Positions 13,654 to 25,299 of a stretch of 64,000 nt of DNA are shown piece after piece (the first letter of the stretch is position 1; every line of letters starts with the position of its first letter). The stretch lies in assembly GCA_030704615.1 (NCBI GenBank), contig CM060731.1, forward strand, positions 50,034,001 to 50,098,000, given 5' to 3'. The stretch comes from Takakia lepidozioides (Eukaryota > Plantae > Bryophyta). The position numbers and the translations under genes are program-made. The notes under the pieces were generated by a model. The model did not search any database and was not told the DNA's origin. It saw only the letters and a program-made list of their open reading frames with translations.

Positions 13654-16600
13654 TCATCCTTCAACACCCAAATGCCCTGCTCGCACATTGATGCTGTCAG
13701 ATGCTTGAATTCCTTGCTTTGCCACTGGGCTATTCAGCCCAGCCACACTGTCCTTGATGCCGGGCCTTGTGAAGTCCATGGCTTCGTAGGAGTATCCCCG
13801 TGCAATCCCAATTGTCATCCCCACAGAGACCAGAGTTTCCAACGATCTCTCACTGTTAGCTAACAGATCGTCATCCAGCTCGATTGATCTCTGCAAGAAA
13901 AGAGCTGTGACACTTAGTTATGCCCACACATTTAAAGGCATTCTCGACCTTCCAGGGTGGAATTTTGCAATTTGGTCAGTATTTCGAGGAACCAACACAA
14001 AAATGCTGGAAGGGCAGTGTAAGTACCTGTGGGAAGACAGTGATACACGTGCTGCCACCAAATGAAAAGTAGCCAAACTGCACAACCACACCATGCCTCA
14101 ATATCTTACATGCCAAACCTAACCTAAGCCTAAACCCAAATACAATACAACGGGCCATTTACTGTTTGAATAGATGGGCGGAGAAGGATATGCAATCATT
14201 TGACTTCACTTGGCTCAGACCTTGTGGCCAAGCCCCACACATAGTTTGGACAGAGGGTCTATGGGAGGTCAAAAGAGCCTGGGAGAGTGGAACAACAGAG
14301 ACAAAGAACATAGAAACCCCAAATGTTACTCATAGGCACATTGCTCATGCAGATAGGGCCTTTCAGAAAGGTAATGATGAGTCTGCACGTGTGGTCAAAA
14401 TAGGGCTCTCCTCACACAAGGCGTCTATTGCCATTATCCTAAGTTAATACGTGCAGTGTGGACTTTGAAGTTGCCCAATGCCCTTGTAAGGGACATGGAG
14501 AAACTGGCAGAGGTAGCATGATGATGTGGTTGTCGCTTATGATAAGGGTGTCCTTGTAAAATTTGTTAGTAAACATGACTGGGTTTGTTAGTCCTCAAGT
14601 ATGTTTTACATGGAACTTGGGTCCTCACAGCTAAAAGCCTCCAAACAAGACACCAGTGTCTGCTCACATTCTGTAGCACAAAAGGCATGCCAAGGACACA
14701 GATCAAAATACAGAATGTACTCATAAGACAGTGTTTGCCGTAGACTTGTGGCCATAGACCCAACGCCCAGTTTGGGTAGAACAATAGGGAACAGACACTA
14801 CCTTTGTGAGGGGTTCACTCAAGTAGTGGCACTTACCTTGATACGAACAATCAGTCAGGGAAGTTTTATGCTTAACTTGTTGTATCAAAATACAGAGAGA
14901 TAGAGAGATAGGTGCAATAGAGACTTGTTAAGGTTCGCAGGAAGCTCAATCAGAGAATGTGTATATGTGCACCCCCTCCCTGACATGCACAATGGACATG
15001 CATTACAAGCCAAACAACCACAAGCCATACCTGCTCTCCTTTTCTGACAAAGTCGCCTTCCTTCTTGAGCAAGGTAATGGAACCGACCATGGTAGCCCCA
15101 ATCGCCACAAATACGATCTACCAAATTACATCCATTTTAGCATAAGAGTTCTTTGAAGAAGGAACATCAGCCCCAATCAATTCTCCCTTCTCCCAGACAG
15201 AACATGATAGCTATAGGAAGGTAAGAGCTGGATGCACATCTTGCTCCTCTAAGACTAGGCCAGTTGACATTATTCGGAGGGTGTAAGGGATGCTCACTTT
15301 GCCAAATTCCCTAGTATTGATGATGCACACAGATCGCTTGTTCTCTGTAAACACATTGCAGTATTTACTATTCACAGCAATTGGATTGACCTGCCACAGA
15401 TAAGTTTGATTAGCCTTGCAAGTTGGTCACTGATATTGCTTCATCATCCTCCATCCAAATACTGCTGATTTACCCTCACAAAGCAGGACAGTGACGGTTG
15501 GCAAGACAGGATATTTGAGATCCATGTCCGGGGGACGTATGGGGCCTTAAGTGTCAGCTCACCCGAAACTCACATTTTTACTACGATATTTTCATCAGGA
15601 TCAGGGATAAGCAACTAGATGCCTGACAACCTGTCAGCCACCAACAAGCAGTACTGGCATCAAAAGCACATGGGTGGATGTTGGATGTCACCCATAATAG
15701 CATTGCAGCTGCAAAAGCCAGGACACTATAGAACCGGTCACCTAATGTGTGGGTACCTGGGGGCATGCGAGTCCTTGAGGGAGGTTTGGGCAACCTTGTG
15801 TAGCCATTAGAAGGTGTCCACCTTAACATCCCTTTGGGGTGAAGTGACACTAATTTAAGCTTGCCTTGACAGCAGTCAACCTTTTTTTTGTCAGCCACCG
15901 CATGCATCACCAGAAGATTTGGGAACTTCCAGAGTGGACGACACAATTGCCAAAGCGACACAGGCAGATGGCTTATATGACAATGATAGGCTTTGCCAGT
16001 ATGTACAAAGTGGAGACAGAACATGGGTTGTGGTTGCATTTTCCTCTAAGATGGTCTTTGCAAGGTGCTCATCCTCACAGCATATATTTAGTCACTTAAT
16101 TGTCTCAGATTGTGTTACACATCTGCTCATTTGATTCCTGCCAGCAATACAAGATTCCATTTTCTTCATATCCCAATTGACTCTCTAAAGTTTCTTCTTT
16201 CTTTCCTTCCTCGCTCTCCCAGCATGCACCGGGCCCAACTGATGTATCGAAACTGAAGAACACGTCTTCTTTTGCTGCCCTCTTTACTATGAGATCTGTG
16301 GGAGATCCACTGTCTGTTCTATGAAACCCAATCTCTCACAAAAGTCTTCCATTGTGAGGATCTGGCTGCTTCTGCCTTGACTGTCTTTAGTTCTCTTTCT
16401 TGTTTCTTGTTCTCGTTTGTCCCATAAACACTTTCAGCTTTCTACGGACGTTATAGAGTTCCATATCATTTCATTTCAATTCTCTATCCCGCCAAAATTG
16501 GGCACGTGGTCTATGGCCACAAGGCTACGGCAAACAAAGTCTATGAGTACATTCTATCCCTTGTCATCTCTTGAGGCGGAGCCTAAGCCCTGGCCCTGTT

Positions 16601-19600
16601 GGGGTCTAATTGCTGGGCAGCTCACACAGCAAGTTGATGCTTGTGTGAAGGGCTTTCTAGAGGATATCTGAAAAACCTGCAGTCTATGGCCAGGCTGCGG
16701 AAACGTCTCCCATGTCTGCGCACACACAAAAGTAATCCTGAATGACTGCCACATGGGCGGAGACATCTAATCAACATTGGAAAGAAGAAGATAGTGTACC
16801 GTGTAGAGATTTCCCGGAATATCAATGACTTTGGTGAGTTCACCACTGGCAGGAACATGGAAACGGTGGTAGTCCTGCTTGCCAGAAAACATCAAAACTG
16901 CAGCAAGCATGAGAAAAGAACAATTTTCTTTCCAAACAACAGGAATGTATAGGATGTGATTTGATATGCAGAGTGTAGCCAATCCATCACACGTTCCATT
17001 TCAATTTGGCTGTGAAACACTTAATCCAGGTTGCTAACCCACCAGATGATGAGACTTAACCTGAACTGCTTTCGCACAGCCGACAACATACAAGAAGAAA
17101 GGGTTTCATCACACATCCAGAGAGGCCCAAAGGAGAGAAACCTACTCATTCCTTCATCAGGCATTCACTATATGCTGGGCATAGTCCCTATGCAATACAA
17201 CCCTCTGGTAGCTGATCATGGTTAGGGTATGAAACTGACCAAAAATTTCCATAGATAGGGACAAATATTCCGTTACATTATTCACTGAGTGTTGACTAGA
17301 TGCCTGGGAGAGATTGTACTCATAAGACGTTGTTTGCCGTAGCCTTGTGGCCATTGACCCCGCGCCCAGTTTGAGCGGGAACAAAAGGGACAGAACCTAC
17401 CTCTGTCAGGGGCTGACATTGGTAGTAAGACTTACCTTCATATATAGAATTAATCCGGGTTTTCCAGAGATCCTCTAGAAATCCCTTCACACAAGCATCA
17501 ATCTGCTGTGTGTGATTTGCCCAAAAACTAGGCCTCAGGAGGGCCTGGGCTTTTGGCTCAGCCTCGAGACTTTCAAAGTTGGTAAACAGGGGTACAGTCA
17601 CAATTCCCTTGATAGATTTGAAGAGAGCGTCTCTTTGGTGAGAGAACCCCGGACAGTGTATCAGAAAATGAATACTGTCTTCAGATTGCCCACACAACGG
17701 GCAATTGCACTCTCCCTTTCCTCTCTGCTTCTGTTTGCTGTTCAAAGGTAGGCTTCCTGCCCTGAGTTTAAATTTCAGTCTAGTGCCGAGAGTGGGTAGA
17801 CCCTTGAGGTCATCCAAGATGTCCTCCCCCATGTCACTGACTGGAAACAAGTTCAGGGAAGTTTTCTGCCTAACTTCATTTTCGTCAGACAATCTCATGG
17901 CAACAGACATGGCTTTGGACACTACAGCCTCTAAGTCAGATTTATCCAGCAGGGTCAAGACTTGCGGATCCAGGTCCAGGTCCTTGAGAATCTCTTCTAC
18001 TCTCTTCTGCCAGGACTTAGCCTGTTTGACAGGGCGGTCCTGTTTCCAAGATATAGAGTCGATTAACTTAGGATATCTGGTGTAGGGCATATGTTGCAGC
18101 TGACCCCACCATCTGACCTTGAATTCATCTCGTCGGGAGCTTAAGGACGGAATGCCAAACTCACCCCGAACAGCCACATTGGCTGTTTTGGAGCATGCTG
18201 ACATAAACTCCTTAAGCACCCCCACTTGAATGGATTCTAGAGACTTAGCCTGGTTGGAGTTATCAACCCATATTGCAGATCCGTACTCCAAGGCAGGTCT
18301 AATAATGCGACAAAGCATGGTTTTCTTAACCTCAGAGTTGACCCCTCTGCAGTGGAAAAATTTAGTGAGCCCCAGAGCTTTGCCCTTGCCAGTTTGAACA
18401 ACTTTCCGGATATGTGCATCCCAATTACAATTGGAGGAAAACTCAACGCCCAGGTAAGTGTAGGAAGGGAGGACCGGGATCTCTTGGCTACCCCACTGCC
18501 ACTTAAGATCACTTCCTCCCTCTCCTCTGTCGTTGAATGCTACCACTGCACATTTGCTGACATTAGTCTCTAACCCCCAAAGATCAAAGTATCTCTTCGC
18601 GCAATCAATCAACTCCTGGAGATTGGTTGGAGTCTCCCCTATGCCTGCGAAGTCATCCGCAAACATAAGGGCTGGTACGGTGGTATCACCCACCCTTAAC
18701 CCAAATCCCTCACTTTCCACATCCTCGAGGAGTTGATTGATGAAAACATTGAAGAGCAGAGGGGACAGAGTACATCCTTGAGCTACACCTTGGTCTATGT
18801 CAAAGAAGTTGGACTTCTGTCCGTTAACAGTGACACAGCTTTTGGTGTGAGCATACAAGTTGTGGACAACTCTCCACATCTTTCCCTTGATCCCACAAGA
18901 CCAGAGGCGGAACCATAGGCCATCTCTCCACACTGTGTCATAAGCCTTTTTGACATCCAGGAAAAAAACATAAGTGGGTTTCCCTTCTTTTTTCCTTCCC
19001 TGGATAATCTGGCTTAGAGTGAAGATATGATCCACACAGCCCCTGTTTCGCCGAAAGCCAGCTTGGCCTTCGTGGAAACAACCTCTCGAGACGAGTACTT
19101 ATAACTCTGCAGAATGTCTTGCCAACAGCATTGAGGAGCGTGATGCCACGGTAGTTCCCCGGTTCTTCTCTGTCACCCTTTTTGTCTAGATTGACAATGA
19201 CCCCCTGTCGCCAGCGAAAGGGGATCATTTCAGTCTTCCAGATAAGGTTAAAGAGGAGAACTAGGGCCTCTATCATGGGATCGCCACCGTGCTTGATAAG
19301 CTCGTTGACAATACCATCAGTCCACCAGCTTTATATCCATTTAAATGTTCAATTGCTTCCACAATCTCAGAAGAACTAATGGGAGCGTTATAAGCCATTG
19401 AATATACTCCAGTTCATCAGGGCTGTTTTGAATCATAGGGACAGTTTTTCCAACTGTGTCCCTCCATTCAGCAGAAGACCCCTCACTGTTAGACCTAGAA
19501 GTTCTGCCAAGGATACTGTAGTGAGTTTCAAAGGTTTTGACAATGTCAACCGATGAAGTCACCACTGCACCTTTAGTAGTCTTCAGCGCTTGTACTTGCT

Positions 19601-22600
19601 GAGCGTTTTTCGGCTTATACAAACGTTGAAGGGCCAACCAGAATTTCTTGTCATTACCACCATGGTGGTTTGAGTTTATTTCACTGTATAACTTGTCCCA
19701 GTATAATTTCTTCTGAGACCTAACAAGCTGATTGATATCTTTGCGGAGCTGGTAGTACCTCGCCCACAATTCTCTGTTGGTTTTCAAATTGCAGCACTCT
19801 TTATAGAGGGCTTGTCTCTCAGCTATCTTGAGTTTAATCTCATTGGTCCACCAATTAACAGCTCTACCGCAGACAATTAGTTTCCTCCCAATGATCTTGT
19901 CAGCCACGGAGGAAACGAAACTCTCCCAAGAGTCCACTGCTCTTTCGACTTCATTTCTTGCATTGTCAGAGCGAGACTGAAGTTCTCGGAGCGATTGGAC
20001 AAAATGAGGGAGAGCCTCTTGCAAGGCCTGGACGTACTCAGCCTTGACCTCCTCATTATGGAAGATGCCTGGGAGAGAAAGAGAACAAAACCCTTATAAC
20101 ATGCACCGTCAGAGAAAGAGAGATGTGAGAGACCTGAGGAGCAAGACGAAAGATAACCATTGGCCCACCCTCGAATTCTTTGGCCACCTCCTTTCCAAGA
20201 AGACCAGCAATTGAAAACTTGCGACCCTGCAGGAATCCAGTACTTGAAGGATTAGAAAAGTTCAAAATTACCAGCACTTTCAGATCTAAGCCCCTCTATT
20301 TCTGTTACATTGAACTGCGACAATGTGTGAAATGAGATGAAATGAAATGGTGCTTTATAACATCCACCGAAAGCTCATAGAGCTTATGGGACAAAATGGA
20401 AGAAAACATGAGAGAGGAACAAATCCAGAAACCAAGAATAACAATTAATGTTCTAGCGATTGTCTAAGGGTGAAGGCCTCGTGCAGGTAGGCTGCCAAGC
20501 ATTTTTGATCCTCATAGTGGAAGACATCAGTGAGAGTTTGGGTTCCACTGAATAAACAGTTGTGTGAGAAAGTAAGAAGCTGTGAATGAAAAGAGAGGGA
20601 GACAGATGATCTTACTCCTTGACTGCTCCTTGTGAACATTACCTATGACATACATAGTCCCTGGAGAGGAAAGAAGCAAGAAAGACATAACATTCACAGG
20701 GGCACTGAGGGCCCATGAGACAAACAGGGGCGCACTTTGATCCAAAAACGACTGGCATCATCAGGACTGTTGAATGCCATCAATCGAGAGTCAGCCGCAG
20801 ACACTGCCACTGAATCATTGTACTCGTGCTCAATTGGACGCACACCAGGCTTTAACTCCCGAATGAAAAATTCATTGAATGTCTACAAAATGAAGCCAAG
20901 AAAATATTTAGTACCCATGATGACAACGCAATATTGACCATAGCCCAGCATTGACTGGGCATTCCTCCTCTCTTACCATGTTAGAAATGTTCTTTTCTCT
21001 TAATATCACCACAGGATACAGGAACATTCAGGCCTCACACACACCATTGAATTTATTAGACATTGAAGTTTCACAGAACCCAATGGCCTTTGAGCCCTCA
21101 CCAACATCTCTCTAGAGCTCTCTCAAAGACTCAGATGTTTGTAAATGCCACTCAGTGCTTTAATGTCTCCAGAAAGATTGCCCAGCTATCAGACTTAGCT
21201 GTGGAAAGAGCTTTGATTGGATCCTTGCATATACACAGGGAGGTAATAGGAGTGTGGAGTTTACAAACCTTGTAAAACTCGATTGTCTCCTTAAACTCAT
21301 CAGTGTTGATGCGGTCCTGTTTGAAGTATGAGTCCACCATACACATGCAAAGTGAGACGGAGACAGATGTACTCTTTGAGAATTCCCTAGAACAGTTCCT
21401 ACAAAATACTCTTGAACGTATTTTCCCACCCCATAGAAACCTCCACGAACCGTTTGGGAGTTTCTAACCCTTAGGGCATGGCAACCCAGCCCTGAATCGG
21501 CATACTGATTGTGCACAGACATCATGCTAGAAAACAGAATGTTCATTCCAACACTGCTACTATAAACCTCGATTTGGGCTCAGATGCCATATGTTGGAGA
21601 TTGCACTGGTCAGCGTCTAGAGAAGGGCAAACAGAGACAGACACAGACAGCCCCTACACCAGAGTATTAAGGCTAACATTCTGGTCAGTCATTCCGATTC
21701 AAAAGAAATTCTACCAAGGAAAACTTGGAAACTCAAGTAAATGATGTAGACTAGATAATAATGTGCCAGACTACTACCGACTGTAACACTAGTTCTTGAC
21801 CTTCAAAGGACTTTTTAGACTGTTCTTCTACAGAAACATAAAGACAAGTTGGTGTAATAGAATAAGGATAAATTTTCTTGCCTTAAAGAACTCAATGAAC
21901 TTGGGGATATCAGCCTTTGATTGAGGTGAGTTCATGCGCAACCCTTGCTTCCGTGTTATGCTCAATAACAAATTCCTTGTGCCTGTCCAAAAATCAACCC
22001 ATGCAATCCATCACTCCATTAGTCAGACTGTTCCACTGGTTCAACTGTGTTGAACTCCTGTGACCCAGGGGCCATCTACTATGTTGATCTCCTGTAGACT
22101 TAATAACTGTCTTCCTTCCTATCTTCCCTGCTTCTCTCTCCCTCTCTAGGTCTATGGCAACAAGGGTAAGCCAAGCACATTCTATTGATGACATCTCTTT
22201 CAATCTTCTTTGCTATCAACAACCTCTAAAATTAGATGAGAGCAACGAACCATTATCAAGAAGCCCCAAACTTATTTTGGACTGATAGATGGCACGCATG
22301 GATAACACAATTTTGTTATCAATCAACTCCTCTACCAGCCTTTTTGTCCTCCTGTCAAACACCTGGTTCAAAACACACAAAGATCTCATAACCAAGAGTG
22401 TAAGTTTTACATAGTTTTTCTGAATAGCGCTAGAAGATCAAATCATACGCAGGAAAATGAATCCTCAGCTCCTAGCTTACCAAGATATGTCCAGCATTGG
22501 CTCGACCCACGTCATATGTTGAAAAACTGGCCCATTCACTCAACTTGAACATCCACCTGCGGACAGATTCATGCCCGTGAATGTCTACTCTACTGAGAGG

Positions 22601-25266
22601 AATACAGAACATGCCAGAATCATCATTTCTTTTTTGCAATGGGACAGGGGGCAGGAATCAGGTAGTATTTACATATGACATTGTCCAGAGAGCCGAGAAA
22701 TGGTGAAACTTGGTTTGAAAGAAGAGGGAAAGAAGGTCAGACCGTACATACCCGTTGGAAGCCTGTTTGTCAGTCAAGAAACCCCCAGTCATGATCTGCA
22801 TGCCTGTGCCCTCGTCAAAGCAAAGGCTCATGTGAATCATGTCATTGAGCAAGTCATTATTTCCCAGCTTCTCCCCACACACGGGACAACAGTTCACACG
22901 AAATGTCCTGCCCCACAAAGTCCCATCACATTACTCTGCAGATTTGAAACATAGTGACATTGAGGAAAAGGAGTAGTCAAGGCAGAGTGGGCATGTAAGC
23001 AACAAATGCACTAAACAATCATAAGAATCCAGAGAGATAGGTAATCATTAGACAAGAGAAGCATAAATTTTTTTTTTGTAATGCCACATGAAGGAAGACA
23101 CAAAGAAACTGATGAAGTCCACAAACAGATCAAATGCACTAATCTCAAGACAAGAATCAAAAGTACCTCTCTTCATTCTTGGTTAAGAGATCAGCCAGCT
23201 CATCCACGCTCACTTTGCCATCCTTGTTTTCATCAGCTTGTTTAAAAAGATCTTCAAGCTGCATTCTCATCCCACTCACCAATAAGTGTCTTCCTGGACT
23301 TCAGATATTGACATGCTCTCATGTTGGCTCACAGAAATTACATAATGTTTTCTTTCTCCAGATCCACTGTAACAAATAATGCAAATCCCAGGGACCCACC
23401 TGCCAATATAAAAAACACAATCAATCGGCTGGTCCAGCCAAAAGGACCAGAGTCAAGCTGGCAATGACAAGGATGAGAAATAGGAGACAGGGAACAAACT
23501 TGGAGACTGCTGTCTGGCAGCTTTAAACACCTAGTTATCACTACAAGTGGGTAGGTCACCAAGGCATACCCGGTTCACTGGGAGTTTGTTGCCAAAAGCT
23601 TTAATGAGGTCACGGAACTCTGAAAATGACAACTCCCCGCTTTCATCATAGTCCTGGACAATTTTCACAAAATTAACCATTGAAGCTGCAAAACACATAT
23701 TCTACCTCATGCCACTACAATCTTCGTAGGAATATCCTGAAATAGAAAAAGGGCAATGGTGTGGGTGCATACCACGACTGAGAGAAGACGGCGTGCGAAA
23801 TTCATTTCAGTGACTATTTTATCCTGCATCAAATCAGCCCCATGTAAGAGATAGATAATGTCTGGAGAAACGAGATAGCACATGGATGGGGCCACAAAAG
23901 TACCTCAGCACTGTAGGCCACAGTGATTTTTCCGACAACTTTGGTAGTGGTGCTGGGATCAAACAACTCATGCACCATGCTTGTGTGGTCCGCCTCCTAT
24001 TGTCACACCATCCTTACTTTAGTATGCTATGCATGCACAACTATAGCATGGAAGACTGAGGTATTCTACATGAACAAAACAGAGCTGGATAGATATGCAT
24101 ACGCAGCCAAGTAGCCATGGCACATCGTAACAAGCATGCCTGTATGGTCACATTTGTTTATGCAAATGGGAATTTAATCTTTCTGTGGACACCATTAAGA
24201 AGTCTGCCTTCAGCAAAACGGACATTTCATGCATCAGCAGTTGACCTCAAAGAGTCATACTGGTGAATAGTTAGGCATGGAGAGAGTTGAAAGAAGCATC
24301 TGCAAAGTAAGAGTCTAACTGCAACATTTTCCCCTTCCTAAACATACTTTCCTCCTCCAGATCCACTCGTGTAATGACCATCTCTTGTCCTCTCATAGAC
24401 ATACCCATATGGTTGATACAGCACCCAATTTTGAGCAGATATTGCAACTTACAGGATCAAATATGTCGGAAAGATCCTGTTCACAGAAGCCAATCAGCTT
24501 ATTCTTTGCTACCTGGTTGTTCTGCGGCACAGACAGAAATCCAAGCAAGCCTTTTTCACACGACCTGAACAGCTGATTTTTCTTCCCAAGCTCTCATACC
24601 GAACCCCTACTTCAGTAACTCTATCCCCAGTGCTACTTCTTTCTTTATGGACAAAAGCATTCTTTGGGCCTTGTTTGACGTTTCTATGTTGTGATTATAT
24701 ATTTTTCTACTTTGTCCCATTGGTCCTTGGGCCCCCTGTGAATGTTACAATTCTTTCTTCTATGTCTATCTTTGTCTCCCACCAAGCTACATAAGGTATG
24801 AGCTTTTTGGTCACAAGGCTATGAAAGGGAAGTTTATATGTACAATCTTTCGTGCAGTGCCAGTCTCCTTCCTTTCAAGAGGATAAAACATGAGATATGA
24901 TCAGTAACCCTGATACTGGTGTGTGGAGGCTGAAGACGGGGCCAAAATCACCTCAAACACAGACACATGAACAATTCGTGGACCATTGGCCTCCAGAACC
25001 ATGGTCCTTTCCTGCAACACATTACACAAACCTTAGACAAGTTAGACTGCCAAAGAAACTTCCAGCAGGTAGAAGAAGAGACAAAAGACTTGATCTAATC
25101 TTCTGGTTGTCCTGCTCACAATCTAGGATAGAAAAAGTCTGCACCAGCCAGCACATGACAAAGACAGAGGGAGGGATGGATGGTGACATAGAGTGCACAC
25201 CATTGCTCACAAGACTAGGTCCCACGGAAAGTAGACATCCTTCCTCCTCAAATATAAAACACTGTA

Positions 25267-25299
<33 letters not shown>

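Noticed and set aside
17314-20062. The RT as a domesticated or prokaryote-type (retron/group II/DGR) system
   Set aside because: TSD, 5' truncation, frameshifts, C-terminal zinc finger and dispersed 3'-end copies all indicate an ordinary non-LTR retrotransposon.
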